The notes: generated from the sequence alone by a model not told the origin. A stretch of 64,000 nucleotides of DNA from Nitrospirota bacterium (GCA_963701855.1 CAVPBK010000006.1:1120001-1184000); one strand, 5' to 3'. Shown: positions 20,260-30,014, counted from the stretch's first letter. Numbers and translations: made by a program.

Positions 20260-20880
20260 ATGAGAAGACAAATCACCCGATCGGTTCTTACTGTGGCCAT
20301 CCTTCTCATCGGAGCTTGGAGCGTGCAATCGATCAGCCAGGCTGCAGCTGGTGCGACTCCAGTCAAAGCGTACTTCGCGGGGGGGTGTTTTTGGTGCATG
20401 GAAGAAGTCTTCGAGAAGGTTGAAGGGGTGCTGTCCGCAACCTCGGGGTATATGGGGGGGACGGTCGCCAGTCCGAGCTATGAAGAGGTGTCTGCTGGAC
20501 GAACAGGGCATGCTGAATCGGTCGAAGTAATCTATGACCCGGCCAAAGTGAGTTATCAGAAGTTACTAGAGGCTTTCTGGCACAACGTCGATCCGATCAC
20601 ACCGAACGCACAGTTCTGTGACCACGGCAGTCAGTATCGCTCTGCCATTTTCTTTCAGACGGATGAAGAGAAACGCGCGTCGGAGGCCTCCAAACAGGGA
20701 ATCGAGCAATCGAGGCGATTCACAGAGCCAATCGTCACGCAGATTGTGATGGCCTCGCAGTTCTATCCCGCCGAGGAGTACCATCAGGATTTCTACAAAA
20801 AGAACCCTGTGCGCTACAAATTCTACAAATATAATTGCGGTCGCGCCCAGCGGCTGGAAACGTTGTGGGGAAAACCTTAA
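20260..20880 (+). CDS. msrA: Peptide-methionine (S)-S-oxide reductase, exported
   Basis: FAGGCFWC, GHAE, QYRSAIF, FYPAEEYHQ; N-terminal signal peptide. Confidence 0.96.
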   Translation: MRRQITRSVLTVAILLIGAWSVQSISQAAAGATPVKAYFAGGCFWCMEEVFEKVEGVLSATSGYMGGTVASPSYEEVSAGRTGHAESVEVIYDPAKVSYQKLLEAFWHNVDPITPNAQFCDHGSQYRSAIFFQTDEEKRASEASKQGIEQSRRFTEPIVTQIVMASQFYPAEEYHQDFYKKNPVRYKFYKYNCGRAQRLETLWGKP

Positions 20881-20996
20881 CCCGCGCGTCTTACTTTCTA
20901 TTGCCCTGACCCATCGCAAGAGTCTCGCGACAAGCCCCCCGCCCTCGGTGTATATTTCTGATCCCAGCAACTGGTGCCGATTCTTTACCTAATGAG

Positions 20997-21515
20997 GTGC
21001 AGTCCGTGAAACGTCCGATCCGGCAATCGATTAGAAAACCTGTGATCGGTGTCATGGGTCCGGCCAAGGCCGGTATCAAAGAATTGGTCGATGCCAAAAT
21101 CTTGGGAGAACTCATCGCGCGTCAAGGATGGGTGGTGTTGACAGGCGGGCGCGCGAGCGGCGTGATGGACGCGGCTAGCGAGGGGGCGAAGTCGGTGCCA
21201 GGAAGCTTGACGATTGGAATTCTTCCGGATGGCAAAACGCAGGTGTCTCGGTACGTGGATGTAGCGATTGTCACGGATTTAGGCCAGGCGCGTAACAACG
21301 TGAATGTGATGTCCAGCGATGTCATTGTGGCCTGTGGGCTCGGCGGCACAGGAACGGTCTCAGAGGTTGCACTGGCGCTGAAGGCAAAGAAGACTGTGAT
21401 ATTATTGGGAGCCGATAAAACCGGGGTGGGCCTGTTCAAAAACCTCGCGCCGCATCTCGTCCATGCCGCTGCCTCTCCCGAAGAGGCGGTCAAGCTGATC
21501 GGCGATCTCCTGTAG
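20997..21515 (+). CDS. LOG/SLOG family (TIGR00725-like) protein
   Basis: IGVMG, LTGG..GVMDAA, ARN, GTGTVSEV. Confidence 0.85.
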   Translation: MQSVKRPIRQSIRKPVIGVMGPAKAGIKELVDAKILGELIARQGWVVLTGGRASGVMDAASEGAKSVPGSLTIGILPDGKTQVSRYVDVAIVTDLGQARNNVNVMSSDVIVACGLGGTGTVSEVALALKAKKTVILLGADKTGVGLFKNLAPHLVHAAASPEEAVKLIGDLL

Positions 21516-21831
21516 CGCATGAAGCCTGAACGAGACAAGCAAGACGTGTGCGATAGGCGCAACTCGGATTTCGAATTTCAGAAAACCTCAGCCGTCAGAT
21601 TATCTCACCCGTCCCGCTTTTCCCGCCAGTCTCGCGCGGCTATCCTGGGGGTATAGGCAACAGTTCTCAAACGTCCATTTCGAGCACATTAGGCCAGAGT
21701 AAGCACTGTGGCAGATATGCCGTTTTCCTATGCCATCAGTACGTTAGTGGAGACTTACCCAGGCATGGGTCTTGAGAGCTTAACAGGCTTCTATGAAGGT
21801 TATCTCGTGCACAGGGATGTAAGCGCACACT

Positions 21832-22395
21832 ATGGCCACCGACAACACAAGGAGCGGATTGCTCTGTTCACGTCTGCTGCGCACCACCGTCTGTGCGCTG
21901 GTGATGCTGTGTCTGCTGATCGCCGCTGTCCCCACGCCGACGCGGCCCGATTACGACGGCGCCTACCCTCGGTATTCTAAACAGGAAATACGTCGGGCCG
22001 TCGAGTGGTACGCCAAGAAGTATCGTCTCGACCCTGCCCTGCTGCGTGCGGTCATCAAAACCGAATCAGATTTTCGCCAGCATGCCGTGTCCCCTAAAGG
22101 AGCAGTGGGCTTGATGCAGCTGACGCCGGCTACCGCAGCCACGTTGCGTGTGAGCGACTCCTACGATTCCGTCCAGAATATCCGCGGAGGCGCCAAGCAG
22201 CTGCGGCATCTGCTGAACCTCTACCAAGGCGATCTTCTCTTGGCCTTGGCGGCCTATAACGCCGGGGTCCACCGGGTTAAAGACCACAAAGTTCCGCGCA
22301 TTCGAGAAACCCGCGCCTACGTGAGGAAAGTACTACGGCACTATGAGATGTTACGTTCTCACCCACAGCCTCTTCCCAAGAACGAAAAGAAGTGA
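21832..22395 (+). CDS. Lytic transglycosylase (SLT domain)
   Basis: VIKTES, AVSPKGAVGLMQL, ALAAYNAG, ETRAYV. Confidence 0.92.
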   Translation: MATDNTRSGLLCSRLLRTTVCALVMLCLLIAAVPTPTRPDYDGAYPRYSKQEIRRAVEWYAKKYRLDPALLRAVIKTESDFRQHAVSPKGAVGLMQLTPATAATLRVSDSYDSVQNIRGGAKQLRHLLNLYQGDLLLALAAYNAGVHRVKDHKVPRIRETRAYVRKVLRHYEMLRSHPQPLPKNEKK

Positions 22396-22525
22396 GGGCA
22401 GGGCGTTGACCAGGTCGAGCTCCCATCCTTACGCATACAAAGCTAGCTACTAATACCCCAGATTGTCCTCCACCAGCTTTTCCATCGCTGGCGCATTGGG
22501 CTAGGTTCATCTTGTTGCGGATGTT

Positions 22526-22719
22526 CTAGGGGCCTGTTCGACATTGACCGTTCTACTGCGGCGAATGATCCGCAACCATCTATGTCGTGCTTGGCCCTGA
22601 AAAGTCCTCAACGTGTTGTACTCCAGTGAATACGCCTCAGATTTTTCCGAGCCTGCAGCCTCGCATCTGGCCGCACCTCCTTCGCCTCGCCAGGAAGGCA
22701 ATGTCGGACAGGATCCTAG
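22526..22719. mobile_element. MITE-like element
   Basis: Terminal inverted repeats TAGGGGCCTGTTCGACATTG / CAATGTCGGACAGGATCCTA (17 of 20 match); CTAG at both ends; no transposase. Confidence 0.65.
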
Positions 22720-22833
22720 GCAACAAGTGGGTCGTGATATGGAGGGATGGTACGAGGGGGGAGATACCATTTCACGCGATAGAGGTAAAGGAAAGACAGC
22801 TGGAATGAAGGAAGGATCTAGGCTAGCAGTTTC

Positions 22834-23202
22834 TCAGAGCTTAGCCTTCATAATGATGGCTCGTACTCGTTCTCGTTGGGCCGGTCTGATTCCCGTCAAT
22901 TCGAGACCGAACTTTTCGCCGTTGACCCACCGCACCAGGGCTTCGTCGATACGCAGAGGCCATTTCTGGTCATCAAGGAACAGAGATAGGCGGAGCACCA
23001 TGCCGATCTGCACCTGGGTAATGGATGTCGCTTGACAGCCGTTCGTGGAGAGATCGAGAACCGTTGCCTCGCCCTCGAAATCATCATCTCCAAAAAAGAA
23101 TAGACGGCAATTCAGACCGAGACGGCGGCCTCGACGTTCCGCCATTGCGGACTCCTGGTCAGAACTCGAAGCGCGGGAGGATCTGGGGTCCTGCGCGTTC
23201 AT
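22834..23202 (-). CDS. Stand-alone PilZ domain protein
   Basis: ERRGRR and DLSTNG motifs; VRWV...FGLE. Confidence 0.88.
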   Translation of the reverse strand: MNAQDPRSSRASSSDQESAMAERRGRRLGLNCRLFFFGDDDFEGEATVLDLSTNGCQATSITQVQIGMVLRLSLFLDDQKWPLRIDEALVRWVNGEKFGLELTGIRPAQRERVRAIIMKAKL

Positions 23203-23350
23203 GAATTACGCCCTTTCCCTCAATCACCCAGAGAAGAAATGCATCGACGGTAAGACCACTTTACCGGACATGTTGTTGGCCTGCCTTCCTCAAGTGGAGT
23301 AACCCAAAAGAGGGTACAACAGGGCTTTGATCGCAGTATAGCCAATTAGT

Positions 23351-23363
23351 TTGTGTATGTAAC
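23351..23363 (+). repeat. attL core
   Basis: TTGTGTATGTAAC within AGTTTGT-GTATGTA-ACGAACT (imperfect inverted arms around a 7-bp overlap). Confidence 0.8.
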
Positions 23364-23382
23364 GAACTAACGGAAATGCGGG

Positions 23383-24546
23383 TCACCTCCCGCCCTCGCC
23401 GCTGGCCCTCCATTCCCCGCTCCTATCAAGGCGTTCCAGTGTTTCCCCCCGCTCATTTTCCACGCCGGTCAGCACGCCTTCGGGCATCTGTTTGGGCTGA
23501 ATTGTCAAGTAACTGTCAAGTGAGCGGGACGATTGGGGGTCCAACACCCGAACTGCCGAGGTGAGGTGATTCGGGGACAGGTGGGCATACCGGAGGGTCA
23601 TTGTCGGAGACGCATGCCCCAGGAGTTTACTCACCGTGGCTAAGGGGACGCCGCGCATCATGAGCCAGGAGGCGAACGTATGCCGGAGATCGTGAAAGTG
23701 GAAGTCCGTAAAGCCAGCCCCTTTACAGGCCGCGCTAAAGAGGTACTGAATATCACGGCGTGGTGTTCCCGCTGCATCGTGAAACACCCACGGCACGTCG
23801 AGCCGAGTCCGTAGCCCGCTCAAGAGTGTCCACAGGGTTTCATTGAGTGGCACCGCCCGTGCCTTTCCGCTCTTCGTCAGCTTCAAGCGGATACACCCGT
23901 TCGTCAGATCTACCGCGTCCCAGGTGAGGCCCAGGAGTTCCCCTTTCCGCATGCCGGTATGAAGCGCCGCTAGGACAATGGGACGGAGAGAATCGTCACA
24001 GGCTTGGAGGAGGCGTTCCGCTTCGGACTCCCCTGACAGATACCGCAGGCGTCCCTCCGGCTCCTGATAGTTCTTACTGGCGGCCAATTCTTCTCGTGAG
24101 GTCTTGTGTAACAACTTCCACTCCACGGCCTTGGTCAGGGCATGTTTCAACGTCGATATTTCACGGTTGACTGTGGCGGGCCCCATCTGTTCACTCAGGC
24201 GCAAGGCGCGGTAGTGGTCCAACGCCTCCACCGTGAAGGTATGAATCGGGGGATTGCCCCACACCCGCCTGAAATGGGCGAAGTGAATCTTCTTGGTCCT
24301 CTCTCCACGCTGATAGCTCGCAAAAGAGAGATACCGTGCTTGGAGATCCGCCAGGGCGAGCGGTTTAATGGGAGGCGAAGGGGCCAAGCCTTCTTGTGCT
24401 TCCTTCCGTCGATTCGTCAGACGTTGATCGGCCTCCTTCTTGTTCGAGGTCTTGCACGACTCAAAACGTTGCGTCCCTAGGGCGTCACGATAGGTCATCC
24501 ACCAGACTTCACCCCGCTTATACAAGCCTCTCGTTGTTCGTGCCAT
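23383..24546 (-). CDS. int: Tyrosine recombinase/phage integrase
   Basis: Catalytic set intact: HTGMRKGE, TKSG, FHDLRH, LGH, TLRY. Confidence 0.95.
   Translation of the reverse strand: MARTTRGLYKRGEVWWMTYRDALGTQRFESCKTSNKKEADQRLTNRRKEAQEGLAPSPPIKPLALADLQARYLSFASYQRGERTKKIHFAHFRRVWGNPPIHTFTVEALDHYRALRLSEQMGPATVNREISTLKHALTKAVEWKLLHKTSREELAASKNYQEPEGRLRYLSGESEAERLLQACDDSLRPIVLAALHTGMRKGELLGLTWDAVDLTNGCIRLKLTKSGKARAVPLNETLWTLLSGLRTRLDVPWVFHDAAGTPRRDIQYLFSAACKGAGFTDFHFHDLRHTFASWLMMRGVPLATVSKLLGHASPTMTLRYAHLSPNHLTSAVRVLDPQSSRSLDSYLTIQPKQMPEGVLTGVENERGETLERLDRSGEWRASGEGGR
23503..23522 (+). repeat. Integrase arm-type sites (left)
   Basis: TGTCAAGTAACTGTCAAGTG, identical to 36551-36570. Confidence 0.75.
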
Positions 24547-24549
24547 CGT

Positions 24550-24684
24550 TCACCGTCCTTTCTTCAAATCACGTTCGATGAGCGAACGGATATAGCCGTT
24601 GATTGTGTAGCCCTGACTTCGCAGCGCATCGAGTTGTTGCTTCACTGTCGCGGGTATCTGGATCAACACCTTTACCTGCTTCAT
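24550..24684 (-). CDS. 44-aa ribbon-helix-helix-like regulator, co-oriented with int
   Basis: MKQVKVLIQIPATVKQQLDALRSQGYTINGYIRSLIERDLKKGR; GAGGAGG RBS. Not in the ORF track. Confidence 0.7.
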   Translation of the reverse strand: MKQVKVLIQIPATVKQQLDALRSQGYTINGYIRSLIERDLKKGR

Positions 24685-24788
24685 GATTCCTCCTCTGTGC
24701 TAGTGTGCTAGCAGTATATCATACTATATATCTATCTAGCAAGCTAGAGTGTTGACGAGCTAGCACGCTGTCCTGTACCGTTCAGCGC

Positions 24789-24968
24789 ATGGCACGAGAA
24801 AAGACGATGGATAAGACAGAGCCCAAGAAAAACTATGGCCTAAGGTTGGACCAAGCGCTTATGGAGGACTTGGGCCATCTCGCCGTGGACGAGGAAAAGT
24901 GGCTCAATGAACTGGTGGAAGAAGCCGTACGGGACTTACTGAAGAAGTACCGAGACAAGCGGAAATAG
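24789..24968 (+). CDS. 59-aa ribbon-helix-helix-like regulator
   Basis: MAREKTMDKTEPKKNYGLRLDQALMEDLGHLAVDEEKWLNELVEEAVRDLLKKYRDKRK. Not in the ORF track. Confidence 0.72.
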   Translation: MAREKTMDKTEPKKNYGLRLDQALMEDLGHLAVDEEKWLNELVEEAVRDLLKKYRDKRK

Positions 24969-24979
24969 CCCCCTTCCCT

Positions 24980-25298
24980 CTATCCCTCTTCTCGTGAGTG
25001 ATCCTCCAAGGCGGGCTGCACGTCCAGCACCGGCCCTGGCTGAGAACCGTACACAACCACCCTTATGCCTTCATTATGTGTCAGGTCCAGCTCTTGGCGG
25101 GGTCTGCCGTAGAGAAGTTCTGCCACGTATCGTTCCATGTGGTCGGCCTTTCCATCGAGCATCCGGCGCTTGAGACTATCGCGATACTCGGTGGACGCTA
25201 AGAACTGTTGCCAGAAGCCCTTAAATTCAGCTGTGGCTCGATTTGGTGTTCCTTCTCTGCGACCGACCAATTTTGGGCTGCCCTGGTTCAAATGGCAT
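24980..25298 (-). pseudogene. Small-terminase-like (DUF5681-like) gene with a +1 frameshift near 25265
   Basis: GGAG RBS, ATG 25298: MPFEPGQPKIG then, one base out of frame, GRREGTPNRAT...LLYGRPRQELDL. Confidence 0.55.
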
Positions 25299-25315
25299 GC
25301 TATTGCGCTCCTACC

Positions 25316-25564
25316 TTAGAATGGTTCCGAAACCATGCGGCGCAGCCATGTAGTCGGAATCACACACTCAACCTCTGTCAATGGATGTATCACCCGCACT
25401 CCATTCGGAAGATCTTCTTGCACCGTCGCACTTATTAGCCCGAATAGAGGACTATCCCAGCTCACGATGCGCCCGATGAGGTCACCGGGATGAATGGTAG
25501 AGATTGGGGCCTGGGCCTGTTGTTGCCGGAGTGCCTCTTTCGCGAGCCTGACTAATTCACTCAT
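25316..25564 (-). CDS. Hypothetical satellite protein
   Basis: 82 aa, GGAGGAG RBS, co-oriented between primase and TerS-like gene. Confidence 0.7.
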   Translation of the reverse strand: MSELVRLAKEALRQQQAQAPISTIHPGDLIGRIVSWDSPLFGLISATVQEDLPNGVRVIHPLTEVECVIPTTWLRRMVSEPF

Positions 25565-25581
25565 GTTTTGATTCTCCTCCC

Positions 25582-25657
25582 ATGCGCAAATAGCGCATTA
25601 AGGGTAAAAAGCCCCCCTACTCACCGACCTTTACCCCCTTTTTGCGCATATTGCGCA
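25582..25657. repeat. Inverted iteron-like repeats at the primase 3' end (candidate origin)
   Basis: ATGCGCAAATAGCGCATTAAGGGTAAA facing TTTACCCCCTTTTTGCGCATATTGCGCA. Confidence 0.5.
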
Positions 25658-27910
25658 CCCTGGTAGAGTACCAACATGCCATTCCGTGACCGATCGGCCT
25701 GCCGTGGATTTGATTGCACCATGAATACGATCCAGCCGTTGCAGGAGGTCAAGCGCTTGCCCTTTTCGGTTTCGATCACCCTCATGCTTCCCCAGTGACT
25801 CATAGAGGTCTGTATCTGTCCGTGGTCCAGCCTTAATGAGTCTCAGGAATCGATCCGCAATCGGATCACCCACCGCATCCCCGAAGATGTGATAGGCCGA
25901 GGCCTTACAGTAATCCCAGACCGCCAGTGCCGCGAGGAGGTGCGGTACACGGATAGCTGTCTCGGTCCGGTTGGCCTCTCCTTCATCAATGAGGGCATAG
26001 ATCAGGCTGAGCCGGAGTACCTGTGCCGCCCCCCGCGCGAGAATCGCCCCAGTTAAGCCTTGTGGAACTTCCGCCAGCTTCCGGTAGACCGAGGCCCAGA
26101 GTTGTTCGGTCTCTCTGTCACGGGTTAATTCTCCCCGTGTTCTCGCTCGCTCCAAAGTGCGCAAGAAGCGCATAAAGAAGGGCTCTAGGATTTCGGGAGG
26201 CGTGCCTTTGCCTGACGGGATGAATTTGGATTGCCGGACCAATGCGAACAAATAGCGATTTGCGAATCCATTCGCCCGCTCGGTTGCCGCGAGACAGCGG
26301 AGCAACTCGTTGACTGTAATATGTCCGATGTTGCAGACATGGGCACCTGTCGCGACCAGTCGGTCTTTTTTCGTGAGCGGAGACAAGTTCCCATGGTCCC
26401 AGACATCGCGCAAGATTGGGGAGAGGGTATTGCCTTCACGCTCCATCACTTTCAATGCGGAGGCAAATTCTGACTCAATAATGAGCAATCGCTTATCGGG
26501 TTCGCCGGGATCTGAAAGGACATCCTCATAGCCAATGATTTCGCCGGTTCTTCGTCCACCCTCTCGAATTGGAACCTTGTCATACTGCGGATCGCGGACC
26601 TGGAAGATCAGGCCTTCCCCGCTGGAAAGTCCGGACTTGACCCGCTTGAGGACAAATGCTTCATCGACCTTCGACAGAAGGTAGCGCGCAGGCCCCCAGC
26701 TGGTGCCCTTCCTCCCTCCCGCTGTCTCCCCCACGATCAAGGCGTTCGTTCTCGCATAGTGCGGGGTGTGTTCGACGAGCACATGGGGGAGTGGTCCGAT
26801 CAATGCGCCTGCTGGGATGAGTACGTTGAGAAGAATTCCAGAGGGGTCAGCTTCCGAGTACGGTTCGACTGCTTTGGTAAATTCACCGGCTAATCCGTAG
26901 AATGCCGCCTCGTCTAATTGGGGCCAAGGATCGGTGTGTAACTCCACTGTGGCCGCTGCCGTGTTCATCATTCTCATCGCCTCCCGCCGGATCGCCATGG
27001 TGATGGCCTCTTTCACGGCATCGAGTCCGCGCTGTGTATGCACGTCATTCCAGTCGCATTTCCGCCCGTCGAGTTCCGGCATGACGAGGACGCCTTGAAT
27101 GGCACGAGCTGCCGCTGTCGCAGCGTCCAGTCCTGTATTGGGTGTCTCGTCATCGCGGAGATCGTTGTCACCACAGACAAGAATCGTGGCCGCCGGATAC
27201 CGTTGGCGCAGATCCTCCGCTACATGTGTCAGGTTGTTTGCGGAGAAGGCCACCACCACCGGAAGGCCGGTGGCTTCGTACAAACTCGCGCTCGTGGCGA
27301 ATCCTTCACACAGCAGAACGGTTGTGGGCTCTGTCAGATCACCGATGGTGTAGCAGCCGCCTTGCATGGCCCCGTTCCGAAGAAAGCGCTTCGCGCCGCT
27401 GCCATAGATGAATTGAAGGCTGGTCATCGTGCCATCGATGGTCACTGGCACGATCAACAAGTCTCCGTCATCGACTCGGACTCGCACGACGCGCAGGCCG
27501 TGGGGACCAATACCTTTCATCTGTAGATATGGCTGCTGTCCCGTCGCTGGTGCGGCCTTGTTCCAGATGGCGTGCGCCCTCTGTGCGGCGTCCACATGCC
27601 GGAGCCGTTCGTCGGCTTCGCGCTGCTGTCGCGCATGCTCCAGACGTGTTCGGTGTTCCTCGCGTTCCATCGCACTCATCTGCCGGTCGGCCTTAGCACA
27701 CCATTTCTGCGTGAGGTTGGATCGAAAACAGCCGAATGATCCAGCCGGAAGACCATCGCCGTAGAGCACATACCACCCGGCATCGTCGGCACGGTTCCCA
27801 TTGCTCGCAAACCGATGGAGCGCGCCATCCGCGACTATGGTAGCTGGAGGAACAAGCCCGGCTTTTTCGATCTCCTGGCGGAAGGCGTCTAATCGCGTGG
27901 TGGTCATCAT
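25631..27910 (-). CDS. Toprim primase fused to DUF3987-like helicase domain
   Basis: CEGFATSAS, VVAFSANNL, CGDND, DWND (Toprim); GETAGGRKGT, SSGEGL, NGFANR (DUF3987-like). Confidence 0.88.
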   Translation of the reverse strand: MMTTTRLDAFRQEIEKAGLVPPATIVADGALHRFASNGNRADDAGWYVLYGDGLPAGSFGCFRSNLTQKWCAKADRQMSAMEREEHRTRLEHARQQREADERLRHVDAAQRAHAIWNKAAPATGQQPYLQMKGIGPHGLRVVRVRVDDGDLLIVPVTIDGTMTSLQFIYGSGAKRFLRNGAMQGGCYTIGDLTEPTTVLLCEGFATSASLYEATGLPVVVAFSANNLTHVAEDLRQRYPAATILVCGDNDLRDDETPNTGLDAATAAARAIQGVLVMPELDGRKCDWNDVHTQRGLDAVKEAITMAIRREAMRMMNTAAATVELHTDPWPQLDEAAFYGLAGEFTKAVEPYSEADPSGILLNVLIPAGALIGPLPHVLVEHTPHYARTNALIVGETAGGRKGTSWGPARYLLSKVDEAFVLKRVKSGLSSGEGLIFQVRDPQYDKVPIREGGRRTGEIIGYEDVLSDPGEPDKRLLIIESEFASALKVMEREGNTLSPILRDVWDHGNLSPLTKKDRLVATGAHVCNIGHITVNELLRCLAATERANGFANRYLFALVRQSKFIPSGKGTPPEILEPFFMRFLRTLERARTRGELTRDRETEQLWASVYRKLAEVPQGLTGAILARGAAQVLRLSLIYALIDEGEANRTETAIRVPHLLAALAVWDYCKASAYHIFGDAVGDPIADRFLRLIKAGPRTDTDLYESLGKHEGDRNRKGQALDLLQRLDRIHGAIKSTAGRSVTEWHVGTLPGCAICAKRG

Positions 27911-27983
27911 GGTCGCCTTCGTTCTGCATCAAGATACTCAGCGAGCCGTTCCCGAATATGGGTCAGTCGATCAAGCTGAAGGT

Positions 27984-28199
27984 TCAAGGCCGCGTCCCAA
28001 CCGGCTGGGATGTTTTGCTCAAGCCGTCGATGCTCGGAGCGGAGAAGCCACGCGGCGAGAATGACGAGGAGACTTGAGCCTCTGCGCAGGGAGGCTTGCC
28101 GTGTGTTTCTGGCCGTGCTACGTTCACATTCGCCAACCTCTGTCCCTGCCCCGGTTTGGTGCCAGCCAAGCCGGGGCTTTCCATTTCAAGGAAAATCAT
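27984..28199 (-). CDS. Small hypothetical protein
   Basis: ATGA overlap with the upstream HTH gene. Confidence 0.4.
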   Translation of the reverse strand: MIFLEMESPGLAGTKPGQGQRLANVNVARPETHGKPPCAEAQVSSSFSPRGFSAPSIDGLSKTSQPVGTRP

Positions 28200-28402
28200 T
28201 TTTCCACCTCTTCAACTGACTTTCTTCGCAACGCTTCTCGCACTTCGCGCAGATCGAACCGCACGCCGCCTTTCTTCTCACCGACGGAATAGCTCGGAAC
28301 CGCGCCTGAACGGGAAAGTCGATACACTTGAGAAGTCGCCATCCCCATCGCTTCGCCCACCACTCGCGCCGTAACTAATTTCTCAATCGTTACCTGTTCC
28401 AT
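28196..28402 (-). CDS. Excisionase/AlpA-like winged-HTH protein
   Basis: VTARVVGEAMGMATSQVYRL..G..P...VRFDLREV. Confidence 0.78.
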   Translation of the reverse strand: MEQVTIEKLVTARVVGEAMGMATSQVYRLSRSGAVPSYSVGEKKGGVRFDLREVREALRRKSVEEVEK

Positions 28403-28516
28403 GTGCCCCCCTTTGACTTGATAGATTTCATCGTGCCGTGCTGATGCACAGCCTCTACCAGAGGGGAGTAGCGGACAAAGTCATGGAGTTTGTTCTTAAG
28501 AAGGGGGAGAGGCTAA

Positions 28517-29484
28517 CTAGCCTAATTTATTTATGAAATTCCGGGCGTACTGGCACGAGTGGCCGCATTCCTTTCCATGTTCAGGGCAGTCGAAGGTCGT
28601 TATTTCATGGACTAAACGGGTATCAGCGCGATGAGATACATGTTTGCGGGCTTTGAAGGACTTGCGGAAGAGCTTGTACGGTTTCCGGAAGAGAATAAGG
28701 TGGACTCGCTCAACGGATTCACGAACAGAAGATTCTTTAGCCACAGGGGGGCCGATGGAGCGTGTTGGCATTGCCCCCGTACGCTCATAAGCCGCAATCC
28801 AACGATACGGCACGCCATGATAAAAACGTTGTTGAAAGCGGCGGTAGTCACGATCGATGTTCTGTGACCAAGTGGACGGCGGTTTTCTAAGGTTTCTCGG
28901 TAGTGATTTCAGGCATCGCCGAACCGCCCGTTTAAACTCATCTGCCAAATCAGCGAGGCTGTTGCGCTTTACCTGCGAGAGATCCACGTGAAGCGTCATG
29001 ATAGGTGGGGACACGAGGGGGCGTTTCGGCAATGGGGGAGTTGGTACAGTGTTCCACTCTCAGAAGGAAAAACTTGTGCGTTTTTGGGGAGGACATGAAA
29101 TCGCACTACTGGTGAAAAAAAAGAGGTCTCCCAATTTGTTTCTATGCGGAGTCGTTCGTCCGTGGACACCCGGAGGTTAGCAAGCCAGTCTTTCTTTTTG
29201 ACGAGGTATGGATCGCCTCCCCCAAATCCTCTAATCCCGTATCTCTTGCAGATCGCCTTGGATAGACTGGCATGCTGCTTCAACAAGCTCTTCCGGCGAG
29301 CATCAGAAAGCTGGGGGACACGTTCCCCGCTCGCTATGCGCTGTCCTGTCGCTTGAAGAGAATCAAGGACGAGTTGGTAGTGAACGTTTCTATAGTCTTG
29401 AACACGCGGGTCATCACGAAGGGCTAATGCCTTCAGATAGATGGTGGGGTCAGGCGCTGTAGTGGGGTCTTTTTTTCGTGGCAT
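28517..29484 (-). pseudogene. Hypothetical gene split by a frameshift in a C5 tract (about 29034-29038)
   Basis: ORFs 28996-29484 and 28517-29032 join as ..YQLPPLPKRP.. if one C is added. Confidence 0.5.
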
Positions 29485-29693
29485 TCCGCTCCTGTGCGGT
29501 CCTGATTATGAGGGAGGGCAGCACAAACGCCAGGAAACGTCTACCGGTCAGGAGATCAATCCTACCCGTTGCCGCCCGTGGAATTCGTGCGCCATAATAC
29601 CACCATTTCCCCACGCTCCGCCTTGCGGTTTGCTCACTCCCTCCTAACGCCTTAGCGCCTGCCGCAGAAGCACAAATCCGTGTAAAGAAGCAG

Positions 29694-29807
29694 TTGAGTG
29701 TCAGAAATGTTTACAGAGTCACTTTTCTGCTCTAAGGCACTGTTAACTCTGCTCTTGTGATGATTCGTCTATCCAAATAAAAATTTTGAGTGTCAGTATT
29801 GTTTACA
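29694..29807 (+). promoter_or_regulatory. Two TGT-N11-ACA enhancer-like boxes
   Basis: TTGAGTGTCAGAAATGTTTACA (29694-29715) and TTGAGTGTCAGTATTGTTTACA (29786-29807). Confidence 0.6.
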
Positions 29808-29998
29808 CTCTCTCCATACGGAGAACTCCCTACGATGACTGATTGATCATGGTCAAGACAAACGTCATGCCACACAAGGCCCCCAGAATCGCATATGAAA
29901 AAGGTGGGAAACACAGAAGCAGTCCCGCAGTCCGGTCAATTGTTTCGTGAAGATTTCTGCGTTCCTCTTGTGCCCCTACTCCTATATCTAAGACCCTG

Positions 29999-30014
29999 GG
30001 GCATAATATTTGCT
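29999..30014 (+). promoter_or_regulatory. Sigma54 -24/-12 promoter for the PEP-CTERM genes
   Basis: GGGCATAATATTTGCT (GG-N10-GC). Confidence 0.6.

Noticed and set aside
23300..23400. tRNA, tmRNA or dif site as integration target
   Set aside because: No cloverleaf, T-loop or CCA at either end, and no XerC/XerD consensus.
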